Shown here one piece after another: positions 38,401 through 49,900 of a stretch of 64,000 nt of DNA; position 1 is the stretch's first letter; every line of letters begins with the position of its first letter. This DNA comes from the human T2T-CHM13v2.0 reference genome, Homo sapiens. Where the stretch lies: assembly GCF_009914755.1 (NCBI RefSeq), contig NC_060931.1; one strand, 5' to 3'. The notes beneath the pieces were generated by a model. That model saw only the letters and a list, made by a program, of their open reading frames with translations. It ran no database searches and had not been told where the DNA came from. The translations under genes and the position numbers were made by a program.

Positions 38401-41400
38401 ATGCTAGACTAAGAAGAGTTCTCAGTAACTTTTTTGTGTTGTGTGTATTCAACTCACAGAGTTGAACCTTGCTTTAGAGAGAGCAGATTTGAAACACTCT
38501 TGCTGTGGCATTTTCAGGTGGAGATTTCAAGCGATTTGAGGACAATTGCAGAAAAGGAAATATCTTCGTATAATAACCAGACAGAATCATTCTCAGAAAG
38601 TGCTTTGTGATGTGTGCGTTCAACTCACAGAGTTTAACCTTTCTTTTCATAGAGGAGTTTGGAAACACACTGTTTGTAAAGTCTGCAAGTGGATATATGG
38701 ACCTGTTTGAGGCCTTCGTTGGAAACGGGATTTCTTCATTGAATGCTAGACGGAAGAATTCTCAGTAAATTCTTTGTGTTGTGTGCATTCAACTCACAGA
38801 GTGGAACGTCCCTTTAGACAGAGCAGATTTGAAACCCTCTTTTTGCGGAATTTGCAAGTGGAGATTTCTAGCCATTTGATGCCAACAGTAGAAAGGGAAA
38901 TATCTTCAAATAAAAAACAGACAGAATCATTCTCAGAAAATTCTTTGTGATGTGTGCGTTCAACTCACATAGTTTAACCTTTCTTTTCATAGAGCAGTTT
39001 GGAAACACTCTGTTTGTAAAGTCTGCAAGTGGATATATGGACCGCATTGAGGCCTTCGTTGGAAACGGGATTTCTTCATTTCATGCTAGACAGAAGAATT
39101 CTCAGTAACTTCTTTGTGCTGTGTGTATTCAACTCACAGAGTGGAACGTCCCTTTGCACAGAGCAGATTTGAAACACTCTTTTTGTGGAGTTTGCAAGTG
39201 GAGATTTCAAGCGATTTGTTGCCTACAGTAGAAAAGGAAATATCTTCAAATAAAAACTAGACAGAATCATTCTCAGAAACTACTTTGTGATGTGTGCCTT
39301 CAACTCACAGAGTTTAACCTTTCTTTTCTTAGAGCAGTTTAGAAACACTCTGCTTGTTATGTCTGCAAGTGGATATTTGGACCTCTTTGAGGCCTTCGTT
39401 GCAAACGGGGTTTCTTCCTTTCATGCTAGACTAAGAAGAGTTCTCAGTAACTTTTTTGTGTTGTGTGTATTCAACTCACAGAGTTGAACCTTGCTTTAGA
39501 GAGAGCAGATTTGAAACACTCTTGCTGTGGCATTTTCAGGTGGAGATTTCAAGCGATTTGAGGACAATTGCAGAAAAGGAAATATCTTCGTATAATAACC
39601 AGACAGAATCATTCTCAGAAAGTGCTTTGTGATGTGTGCGTTCAACTCACAGAGTTTAACCTTTCTTTTCATAGAGGAGTTTGGAAACACACTGTTTGTA
39701 AAGTCTGCAAGTGGATATATGGACCTGTTTGAGGCCTTCGTTGGAAACGGGATTTCTTCATTGAATGCTAGACGGAAGAATTCTCAGTAAATTCTTTGTG
39801 TTGTGTGCATTCAACTCACAGAGTGGAACGTCCCTTTAGACAGAGCAGATTTGAAACCCTCTTTTTGCGGAATTTGCAAGTGGAGATTTCTAGCCATTTG
39901 ATGCCAACAGTAGAAAGGGAAATATCTTCAAATAAAAACCAGACAGAATCATTCTCAGAAAATTCTTTGTGATGTGTGCGTTCAACTCACATAGTTTAAC
40001 CTTTCTTTTCATAGAGCAGTTTGGAAACACTCTGTTTGTAAAGTCTGCAAGTGGATATATGGACCGCATTGAGGCCTTCGTTGGAAACGGGATTTCTTCA
40101 TTTCATGCTAGACAGAAGAATTCTCAGTAACTTCTTTGTGCTGTGTGTATTCAACTCACAGAGTGGAACGTCCCTTTGCACAGAGCAGATTTGAAACACT
40201 CTTTTTGTGGAGTTTGCAAGTGGAGATTTCAAGCGATTTGATGCCAACAGTAGAAAAGGAAATATCTTCAAATAAAAACTAGACAGAATCATTCTCAGAA
40301 ACTACTTTGTGATGTGTGCCTTCAACTCACAGAGTTCAACCTTTCTTTTCTTAGAGCAGTTTAGAAACACTCTGCTTGTTATGTCTGCAAGTGGATATTT
40401 GGACCTCTTTGAGGCCTTCGTTGCAAACGGGGTTTCTTCCTTTCATGCTAGACTAAGAAGAGTTCTCAGTAACTTTTTTGTGTTGTGTGTATTCAACTCA
40501 CAGAGTTGAACCTTGCTTTAGAGAGAGCAGATTTGAAACACTCTTGCTGTGGCATTTTCAGGTGGAGATTTCAAGCGATTTGAGGACAATTGCAGAAAAG
40601 GAAATATCTTCGTATAATAACCAGACAGAATCATTCTCAGAAAGTGCTTTGTGATGTGTGCGTTCAACTCACAGAGTTTAACCTTTCTTTTCATAGAGGA
40701 GTTTGGAAACACACTGTTTGTAAAGTCTGCAAGTGGATATATGGACCTGTTTGAGGCCTTCGTTGGAAACGGGATTTCTTCATTGAATGCTAGACGGAAG
40801 AATTCTCAGTAAATTCTTTGTGTTGTGTGCATTCAACTCACAGAGTGGAACGTCCCTTTAGACAGAGCAGATTTGAAACACTCTTTTTGCGGAATTTGCA
40901 AGTGGAGATTTCTAGCCATTTGATGCCAACAGTAGAAAGGGAAATATCTTCAAATAAAAACCAGACAGAATCATTCTCAGAAAATTCTTTGTGATGTGTG
41001 CGTTCAACTCACATAGTTTAACCTTTCTTTTCATAGAGCAGTTTGGAAACACTCTGTTTGTAAAGTCTGCAAGTGGATATATGGACCGCATTGAGGCCTT
41101 CGTTGGAAACGGGATTTCTTCATTTCATGCTAGACAGAAGAATTCTCAGTAACTTCTTTGTGCTGTGTGTATTCAACTCACAGAGTGGAACGTCCCTTTG
41201 CACAGAGCAGATTTGAAACACTCTTTTTGTGGAGTTTGCAAGTGGAGATTTCAAGCGATTTGATGCCAACAGTAGAAAAGGAAATATCTTCAAATAAAAA
41301 CTAGACAGAATCATTCTCAGAAACTACTTTGTGATGTGTGCCTTCAACTCACAGAGTTCAACCTTTCTTTTCTTAGAGCAGTTTAGAAACACTCTGCTTG

Positions 41401-43946
41401 TTATGTCTGCAAGTGGATATTTGGACCTCTTTGAGGCCTTCGTTGCAAACGGGGTTTCTTCCTTTCATGCTAGACTAAGAAGAGTTCTCAGTAACTTTTT
41501 TGTGTTGTGTGTATTCAACTCACAGAGTTGAACCTTGCTTTAGAGAGAGCAGATTTGAAACACTCTTGTTGTGGCATTTTCAGGTGGAGATTTCAAGCGA
41601 TTTGAGGACAATTGCAGAAAAGGAAATATCTTCGTATAATAACCAGACAGAATCATTCTCAGAAAGTGCTTTGTGATGTGTGCGTTCAACTCACAGAGTT
41701 TAACCTTTCTTTTCATAGAGGAGTTTGGAAACACACTGTTTGTAAAGTCTGCAAGTGGATACATGGACCTGTTTGAGGCCTTCGTTGGAAACGGGATTTC
41801 TTCATTGAATGCTAGACGGAAGAATTCTCAGTAAATTCTTTGTGTTGTGTGCATTCAACTCACAGAGTGGAACGTCCCTTTAGACAGAGCAGATTTGAAA
41901 CACTCTTTTTGCGGAATTTGCAAGTGGAGATTTCTAGCCATTTGATGCCAACAGTAGAAAGGGAAATATCTTCAAATAAAAACCAGACAGAATCATTCTC
42001 AGAAAATTCTTTGTGATGTGTGCGTTCAACTCACATAGTTTAACCTTTCTTTTCATAGAGCAGTTTGGAAACACTCTGTTTGTAAAGTCTGCAAGTGGAT
42101 ATATGGACCGCATTGAGGCCTTCGTTGGAAACGGGATTTCTTCATTTCATGCTAGACAGAAGAATTCTCAGTAACTTCTTTGTGCTGTGTGTATTCAACT
42201 CACAGAGTGGAACGTCCCTTTACACAGAGCAGATTTGAAACACTCTTTTTCTGGAGTTTGCAAGTGGAGATTTCAAGCGATTTGATGCCAACAGTAGAAA
42301 AGGAATTATCTTCAAATAAAAACTAGACAGAATCATTCTCAGAAACTACTTTGTGATGTGTGCCTTCAACTCACAGAGTTTAACCTTTCTTTTCTTAGAG
42401 CAGTTTAGAAACACTCTGCTTGTTACGTCTGCAAGTGGATATTTGGACCTCTTTGAGGCCTTCGTTGCAAACGGGGTTTCTTCCTTTCATGCTAGACTAA
42501 GAAGAGTTCTCAGTAACTTTTTTGTGTTGTGTGTATTCAACTCACAGAGTTGAACCTTGCTTTAGAGAGAGCAGATTTGAAACACTCTTGCTGTGGCATT
42601 TTCAGGTGGAGATTTCAAGCGATTTGAGGACAATTGCAGAAAAGGAAATATCTTCGTATAATAACCAGACAGAATCATTCTCAGAAAGTGCTTTGTGATG
42701 TGTGCGTTCAACTCACAGAGTTTAGCCTTTCTTTTCATAGAGGAGTTTGGAAACACACTGTTTGTAAAGTCTGCAAGTGGATATATGGACCTGTTTGAGG
42801 CCTTCGTTGGAAACGGGATTTCTTCATTGAATGCTAGACGGAAGAATTCTCAGTAAATTCTTTGTGTTGTGTGCATTCAACTCACGGAGTGGAACGTCCC
42901 TTTAGACAGAGCAGATTTGAAACACTCTTTTTGCGGAATTTGCAAGTGGAGATTTCTAGCCATTTGATGCCAACAGTAGAAAGGGAAATATCTTCAAATA
43001 AAAAACAGACAGAATCATTCTCAGAAAATTCTTTGTGATGTGTGCGTTCAACTCACATAGTTTAACCTTTCTTTTCATAGAGCAGTTTGGAAACACTCTG
43101 TTTGTAAAGTCTGCAAGTGGATATATGGACCGCATTGAGGCCTTCGTTGGAAACGGGATTTCTTCATTTCATGCTAGACAGAAGAATTCTCAGTAACTTC
43201 TTTGTGCTGTGTGTATTCAACTCACAGAGTGGAACGTCCCTTTGCACAGAGCAGATTTGAAACACTCTTTTTGTGGAGTTTGCAAGTGGAGATTTCAAGC
43301 GATTTGATGCCTACAGTAGAAAAGGAAATATCTTCAAATAAAAACTAGACAGAATCATTCTCAGAAACTACTTTGTGATGTGTGCCTTCAACTCACAGAG
43401 TTTAACCTTTCTTTTCTTAGAGCAGTTTAGAAACACTCTGCTTGTTATGTCTGCAAGTGGATATTTGGACCTCTTTGAGGCCTTCGTTGCAAACGGGGTT
43501 TCTTCCTTTCATGCTAGACTAAGAAGAGTTCTCAGTAACTTTTTTGTGTTGTGTGTATTCAACTCACAGAGTTGAACCTTGCTTTAGAGAGAGCAGATTT
43601 GAAACACTCTTGCTGTGGCATTTTCAGGTGGAGATTTCAAGCGATTTGAGGACAATTGCAGAAAAGGAAATATCTTCGTATAATAACCAGACAGAATCAT
43701 TCTCAGAAAGTGCTTTGTGATGTGTGCGTTCAACTCACAGAGTTTAACCTTTCTTTTCATAGAGGAGTTTGGAAACACACTGTTTGTAAAGTCTGCAAGT
43801 GGATATATGGACCTGTTTGAGGCCTTCGTTGGAAACGGGATTTCTTCATTGAATGCTAGACGGAAGAATTCTCAGTAAATTCTTTGTGTTGTGTGCATTC
43901 AACTCACAGAGTGGAACGTCCCTTTAGACAGAGCAGATTTGAAACC
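35437..43946 (+). repeat. Duplicated HOR haplotype block at 6-HOR (6132-bp) offset with nested 2-HOR duplication
   Basis: Paired variants 35437/41569, 36090/42222, 36174/42306, 36294/42426, 36873/43005, 37180/43312, 37814/43946; nested 2044-bp pairs 36294/38338, 36873/38917, 37175/39219, 37180/39224. Confidence 0.85.
36670..36686 (+). promoter_or_regulatory. Disrupted CENP-B box (TTCG>TTCA)
   Basis: CTTCATTGGAAACGGGA; G>A at 36674 in the core CpG. Confidence 0.85.
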
Positions 43947-46900
43947 CTCTTTTTGCGGAATTTGCAAGTGGAGATTTCTAGCCATTTGATGCCAACAGTA
44001 GAAAGGGAAATATCTTCAAATAAAAACCAGACAGAATCATTCTCAGAAAATTCTTTGTGATGTGTGCGTTCAACTCACATAGTTTAACCTTTCTTTTCAT
44101 AGAGCAGTTTGGAAACACTCTGTTTGTAAAGTCTGCAAGTGGATATATGGACCGCATTGAGGCCTTCGTTGGAAACGGGATTTCTTCATTTCATGCTAGA
44201 CAGAAGAATTCTCAGTAACTTCTTTGTGCTGTGTGTATTCAACTCACAGAGTGGAACGTCCCTTTGCACAGAGCAGATTTGAAACACTCTTTTTGTGGAG
44301 TTTGCAAGTGGAGATTTCAAGCGATTTGATGCCAACAGTAGAAAAGGAAATATCTTCAAATAAAAACTAGACAGAATCATTCTCAGAAACTACTTTGTGA
44401 TGTGTGCCTTCAACTCACAGAGTTCAACCTTTCTTTTCTTAGAGCAGTTTAGAAACACTCTGCTTGTTATGTCTGCAAGTGGATATTTGGACCTCTTTGA
44501 GGCCTTCGTTGCAAACGGGGTTTCTTCCTTTCATGCTAGACTAAGAAGAGTTCTCAGTAACTTTTTTGTGTTGTGTGTATTCAACTCACAGAGTTGAACC
44601 TTGCTTTAGAGAGAGCAGATTTGAAACACTCTTGCTGTGGCATTTTCAGGTGGAGATTTCAAGCGATTTGAGGACAATTGCAGAAAAGGAAATATCTTCG
44701 TATAATAACCAGACAGAATCATTCTCAGAAAGTGCTTTGTGATGTGTGCGTTCAACTCACAGAGTTTAACCTTTCTTTTCATAGAGGAGTTTGGAAACAC
44801 ACTGTTTGTAAAGTCTGCAAGTGGATATATGGACCTGTTTGAGGCCTTCGTTGGAAACGGGATTTCTTCATTGAATGCTAGACGGAAGAATTCTCAGTAA
44901 ATTCTTTGTGTTGTGTGCATTCAACTCACAGAGTGGAACGTCCCTTTAGACAGAGCAGATTTGAAACCCTCTTTTTGCGGAATTTGCAAGTGGAGATTTC
45001 TAGCCATTTGATGCCAACAGTAGAAAGGGAAATATCTTCAAATAAAAACCAGACAGAATCATTCTCAGAAAATTCTTTGTGATGTGTGCGTTCAACTCAC
45101 ATAGTTTAACCTTTCTTTTCATAGAGCAGTTTGGAAACACTCTGTTTGTAAAGTCTGCAAGTGGATATATGGACCGCATTGAGGCCTTCGTTGGAAACGG
45201 GATTTCTTCATTTCATGCTAGACAGAAGAATTCTCAGTAACTTCTTTGTGCTGTGTGTATTCAACTCACAGAGTGGAACGTCCCTTTGCACAGAGCAGAT
45301 TTGAAACACTCTTTTTGTGGAGTTTGCAAGTGGAGATTTCAAGCGATTTGATGCCAACAGTAGAAAAGGAAATATCTTCAAATAAAAACTAGACAGAATC
45401 ATTCTCAGAAACTACTTTGTGATGTGTGCCTTCAACTCACAGAGTTTAACCTTTCTTTTCTTAGAGCAGTTTAGAAACACTCTGCTTGTTATGTCTGCAA
45501 GTGGATATTTGGACCTCTTTGAGGCCTTCGTTGCAAACGGGGTTTCTTCCTTTCATGCTAGACTAAGAAGAGTTCTCAGTAACTTTTTTGTGTTGTGTGT
45601 ATTCAACTCACAGAGTTGAACCTTGCTTTAGAGAGAGCAGATTTGAAACACTCTTGCTGTGGCATTTTCAGGTGGAGATTTCAAGCGATTTGAGGACAAT
45701 TGCAGAAAAGGAAATATCTTCGTATAATAACCAGACAGAATCATTCTCAGAAAGTGCTTTGTGATGTGTGCGTTCAACTCACAGAGTTTAACCTTTCTTT
45801 TCATAGAGGAGTTTGGAAACACACTGTTTGTAAAGTCTGCAAGTGGATATATGGACCTGTTTGAGGCCTTCGTTGGAAACGGGATTTCTTCATTGAATGC
45901 TAGACGGAAGAATTCTCAGTAAATTCTTTGTGTTGTGTGCATTCAACTCACAGAGTGGAACGTCCCTTTAGACAGAGCAGATTTGAAACCCTCTTTTTGC
46001 GGAATTTGCAAGTGGAGATTTCTAGCCATTTGATGCCAACAGTAGAAAGGGAAATATCTTCAAATAAAAACCAGACAGAATCATTCTCAGAAAATTCTTT
46101 GTGATGTGTGCGTTCAACTCACATAGTTTAACCTTTCTTTTCATAGAGCAGTTTGGAAACACTCTGTTTGTAAAGTCTGCAAGTGGATATATGGACCGCA
46201 TTGAGGCCTTCGTTGGAAACGGGATTTCTTCATTTCATGCTAGACAGAAGAATTCTCAGTAACTTCTTTGTGCTGTGTGTATTCAACTCACAGAGTGGAA
46301 CGTCCCTTTGCACAGAGCAGATTTGAAACACTCTTTTTGTGGAGTTTGCAAGTGGAGATTTCAAGCGATTTGATGCCAACAGTAGAAAAGGAAATATCTT
46401 CAAATAAAAACTAGACAGAATCATTCTCAGAAACTACTTTGTGATGTGTGCCTTCAACTCACAGAGTTCAACCTTTCTTTTCTTAGAGCAGTTTAGAAAC
46501 ACTCTGCTTGTTATGTCTGCAAGTGGATATTTGGACCTCTTTGAGGCCTTCGTTGCAAACGGGGTTTCTTCCTTTCATGCTAGACTAAGAAGAGTTCTCA
46601 GTAACTTTTTTGTGTTGTGTGTATTCAACTCACAGAGTTGAACCTTGCTTTAGAGAGAGCAGATTTGAAACACTCTTGCTGTGGCATTTTCAGGTGGAGA
46701 TTTCAAGCGATTTGAGGACAATTGCAGAAAAGGAAATATCTTCGTATAATAACCAGACAGAATCATTCTCAGAAAGTGCTTTGTGATGTGTGCGTTCAAC
46801 TCACAGAGTTTAACCTTTCTTTTCATAGAGGAGTTTGGAAACACACTGTTTGTAAAGTCTGCAAGTGGATATATGGACCTGTTTGAGGCCTTCGTTGGAA

Positions 46901-49900
46901 ACGGGATTTCTTCATTGAATGCTAGACGGAAGAATTCTCAGTAAATTCTTTGTGTTGTGTGCATTCAACTCACAGAGTGGAACGTCCCTTTAGACAGAGC
47001 AGATTTGAAACCCTCTTTTTGCGGAATTTGCAAGTGGAGATTTCTAGCCATTTGATGCCAACAGTAGAAAGGGAAATATCTTCAAATAAAAACCAGACAG
47101 AATCATTCTCAGAAAATTCTTTGTGATGTGTGCGTTCAACTCACATAGTTTAACCTTTCTTTTCATAGAGCAGTTTGGAAACACTCTGTTTGTAAAGTCT
47201 GCAAGTGGATATATGGACCGCATTGAGGCCTTCGTTGGAAACGGGATTTCTTCATTTCATGCTAGACAGAAGAATTCTCAGTAACTTCTTTGTGCTGTGT
47301 GTATTCAACTCACAGAGTGGAACGTCCCTTTGCACAGAGCAGATTTGAAACACTCTTTTTGTGGAGTTTGCAAGTGGAGATTTCAAGCGATTTGATGCCA
47401 ACAGTAGAAAAGGAAATATCTTCAAATAAAAACTAGACAGAATCATTCTCAGAAACTACTTTGTGATGTGTGCCTTCAACTCACAGAGTTCAACCTTTCT
47501 TTTCTTAGAGCAGTTTAGAAACACTCTGCTTGTTATGTCTGCAAGTGGATATTTGGACCTCTTTGAGGCCTTCGTTGCAAACGGGGTTTCTTCCTTTCAT
47601 GCTAGACTAAGAAGAGTTCTCAGTAACTTTTTTGTGTTGTGTGTATTCAACTCACAGAGTTGAACCTTGCTTTAGAGAGAGCAGATTTGAAACACTCTTG
47701 CTGTGGCATTTTCAGGTGGAGATTTCAAGCGATTTGAGGACAATTGCAGAAAAGGAAATATCTTCGTATAATAACCAGACAGAATCATTCTCAGAAAGTG
47801 CTTTGTGATGTGTGCGTTCAACTCACAGAGTTTAACCTTTCTTTTCATAGAGGAGTTTGGAAACACACTGTTTGTAAAGTCTGCAAGTGGATATATGGAC
47901 CTGTTTGAGGCCTTCGTTGGAAACGGGATTTCTTCATTGAATGCTAGACGGAAGAATTCTCAGTAAATTCTTTGTGTTGTGTGCATTCAACTCACAGAGT
48001 GGAACGTCCCTTTAGACAGAGCAGATTTGAAACACTCTTTTTGCGGAATTTGCAAGTGGAGATTTCTAGCCATTTGATGCCAACAGTAGAAAGGGAAATA
48101 TCTTCAAATAAAAACCAGACAGAATCATTCTCAGAAAATTCTTTGTGATGTGTGCGTTCAACTCACATAGTTTAACCTTTCTTTTCATAGAGCAGTTTGG
48201 AAACACTCTGTTTGTAAAGTCTGCAAGTGGATATATGGACCGCATTGAGGTCTTCGTTGGAAACGGGATTTCTTCATTTCATGCTAGACAGAAGAATTCT
48301 CAGTAACTTCTTTGTGCTGTGTGTATTCAACTCACAGAGTGGAACGTCCCTTTGCACAGAGCAGATTTGAAACACTCTTTTTGTGGAGTTTGCAAGTGGA
48401 GATTTCAAGCGATTTGATGCCAACAGTAGAAAAGGAAATATCTTCAAATAAAAACTAGACAGAATCATTCTCAGAAACTACTTTGTGATGTGTGCCTTCA
48501 ACTCACAGAGTTCAACCTTTCTTTTCTTAGAGCAGTTTAGAAACACTCTGCTTGTTAGGTCTGCAAGTGGATATTTGGACCTCTTTGAGGCCTTCGTTGC
48601 AAACGGGGTTTCTTCCTTTCATGCTAGACTAAGAAGAGTTCTCAGTAACTTTTTTGTGTTGTGTGTATTCAACTCACAGAGTTGAACCTTGCTTTAGAGA
48701 GAGCAGATTTGAAACACTCTTGCTGTGGCATTTTCAGGTGGAGATTTCAAGCGATTTGAGGACAATTGCAGAAAAGGAAATATCTTCGTATAATAACCAG
48801 ACAGAATCATTCTCAGAAAGTGCTTTGTGATGTGTGCGTTCAACTCACAGAGTTTAACCTTTCTTTTCATAGAGGAGTTTGGAAACACACTGTTTGTAAA
48901 GTCTGCAAGTGGATATATGGACCTGTTTGAGGCCTTCGTTGGAAACGGGATTTCTTCATTGAATGCTAGACGGAAGAATTCTCAGTAAATTCTTTGTGTT
49001 GTGTGCATTCAACTCACAGAGTGGAACGTCCCTTTAGACAGAGCAGATTTGAAACCCTCTTTTTGCGGAATTTGCAAGTGGAGATTTCTAGCCATTTGAT
49101 GCCAACAGTAGAAAGGGAAATATCTTCAAATAAAAACCAGACAGAATCATTCTCAGAAAATTCTTTGTGATGTGTGCGTTCAACTCACATAGTTTAACCT
49201 TTCTTTTCATAGAGCAGTTTGGAAACACTCTGTTTGTAAAGTCTGCAAGTGGATATATGGACCGCATTGAGGCCTTCGTTGGAAACGGGATTTCTTCATT
49301 TCATGCTAGACAGAAGAATTCTCAGTAACTTCTTTGTGCTGTGTGTATTCAACTCACAGAGTGGAACGTCCCTTTGTACAGAGCAGATTTGAAACACTCT
49401 TTTTGTGGAGTTTGCAAGTGGAGATTTCAAGCGATTTGATGCCTACAGTAGAAAAGGAAATATCTTCAAATAAAAACTAGACAGAATCATTCTCAGAAAC
49501 TACTTTGTGATGTGTGCCTTCAACTCACAGAGTTTAACCTTTCTTTTCTTAGAGCAGTTTAGAAACACTCTGCTTGTTATGTCTGCAAGTGGATATTTGG
49601 ACCTCTTTGAGGCCTTCGTTGCAAACGGGGTTTCTTCCTTTCATGCTAGACTAAGAAGAGTTCTCAGTAACTTTTTTGTGTTGTGTGTATTCAACTCACA
49701 GAGTTGAACCTTGCTTTAGAGAGAGCAGATTTGAAACACTCTTGCTGTGGCATTTTCAGGTGGAGATTTCAAGCGATTTGAGGACAATTGCAGAAAAGGA
49801 AATATCTTCGTATAATAACCAGACAGAATCATTCTCAGAAAGTGCTTTGTGATGTGTGCGTTCAACTCACAGAGTTTAACCTTTCTTTTCATAGAGGAGT

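Noticed and set aside
9428-48251. Variants next to CENP-B boxes (9428, 11131, 15219, 48251) as box-inactivating
   Set aside because: They fall 1-2 bp upstream of the 17-bp box; the core is intact and only the AGGCCT restriction site is lost.
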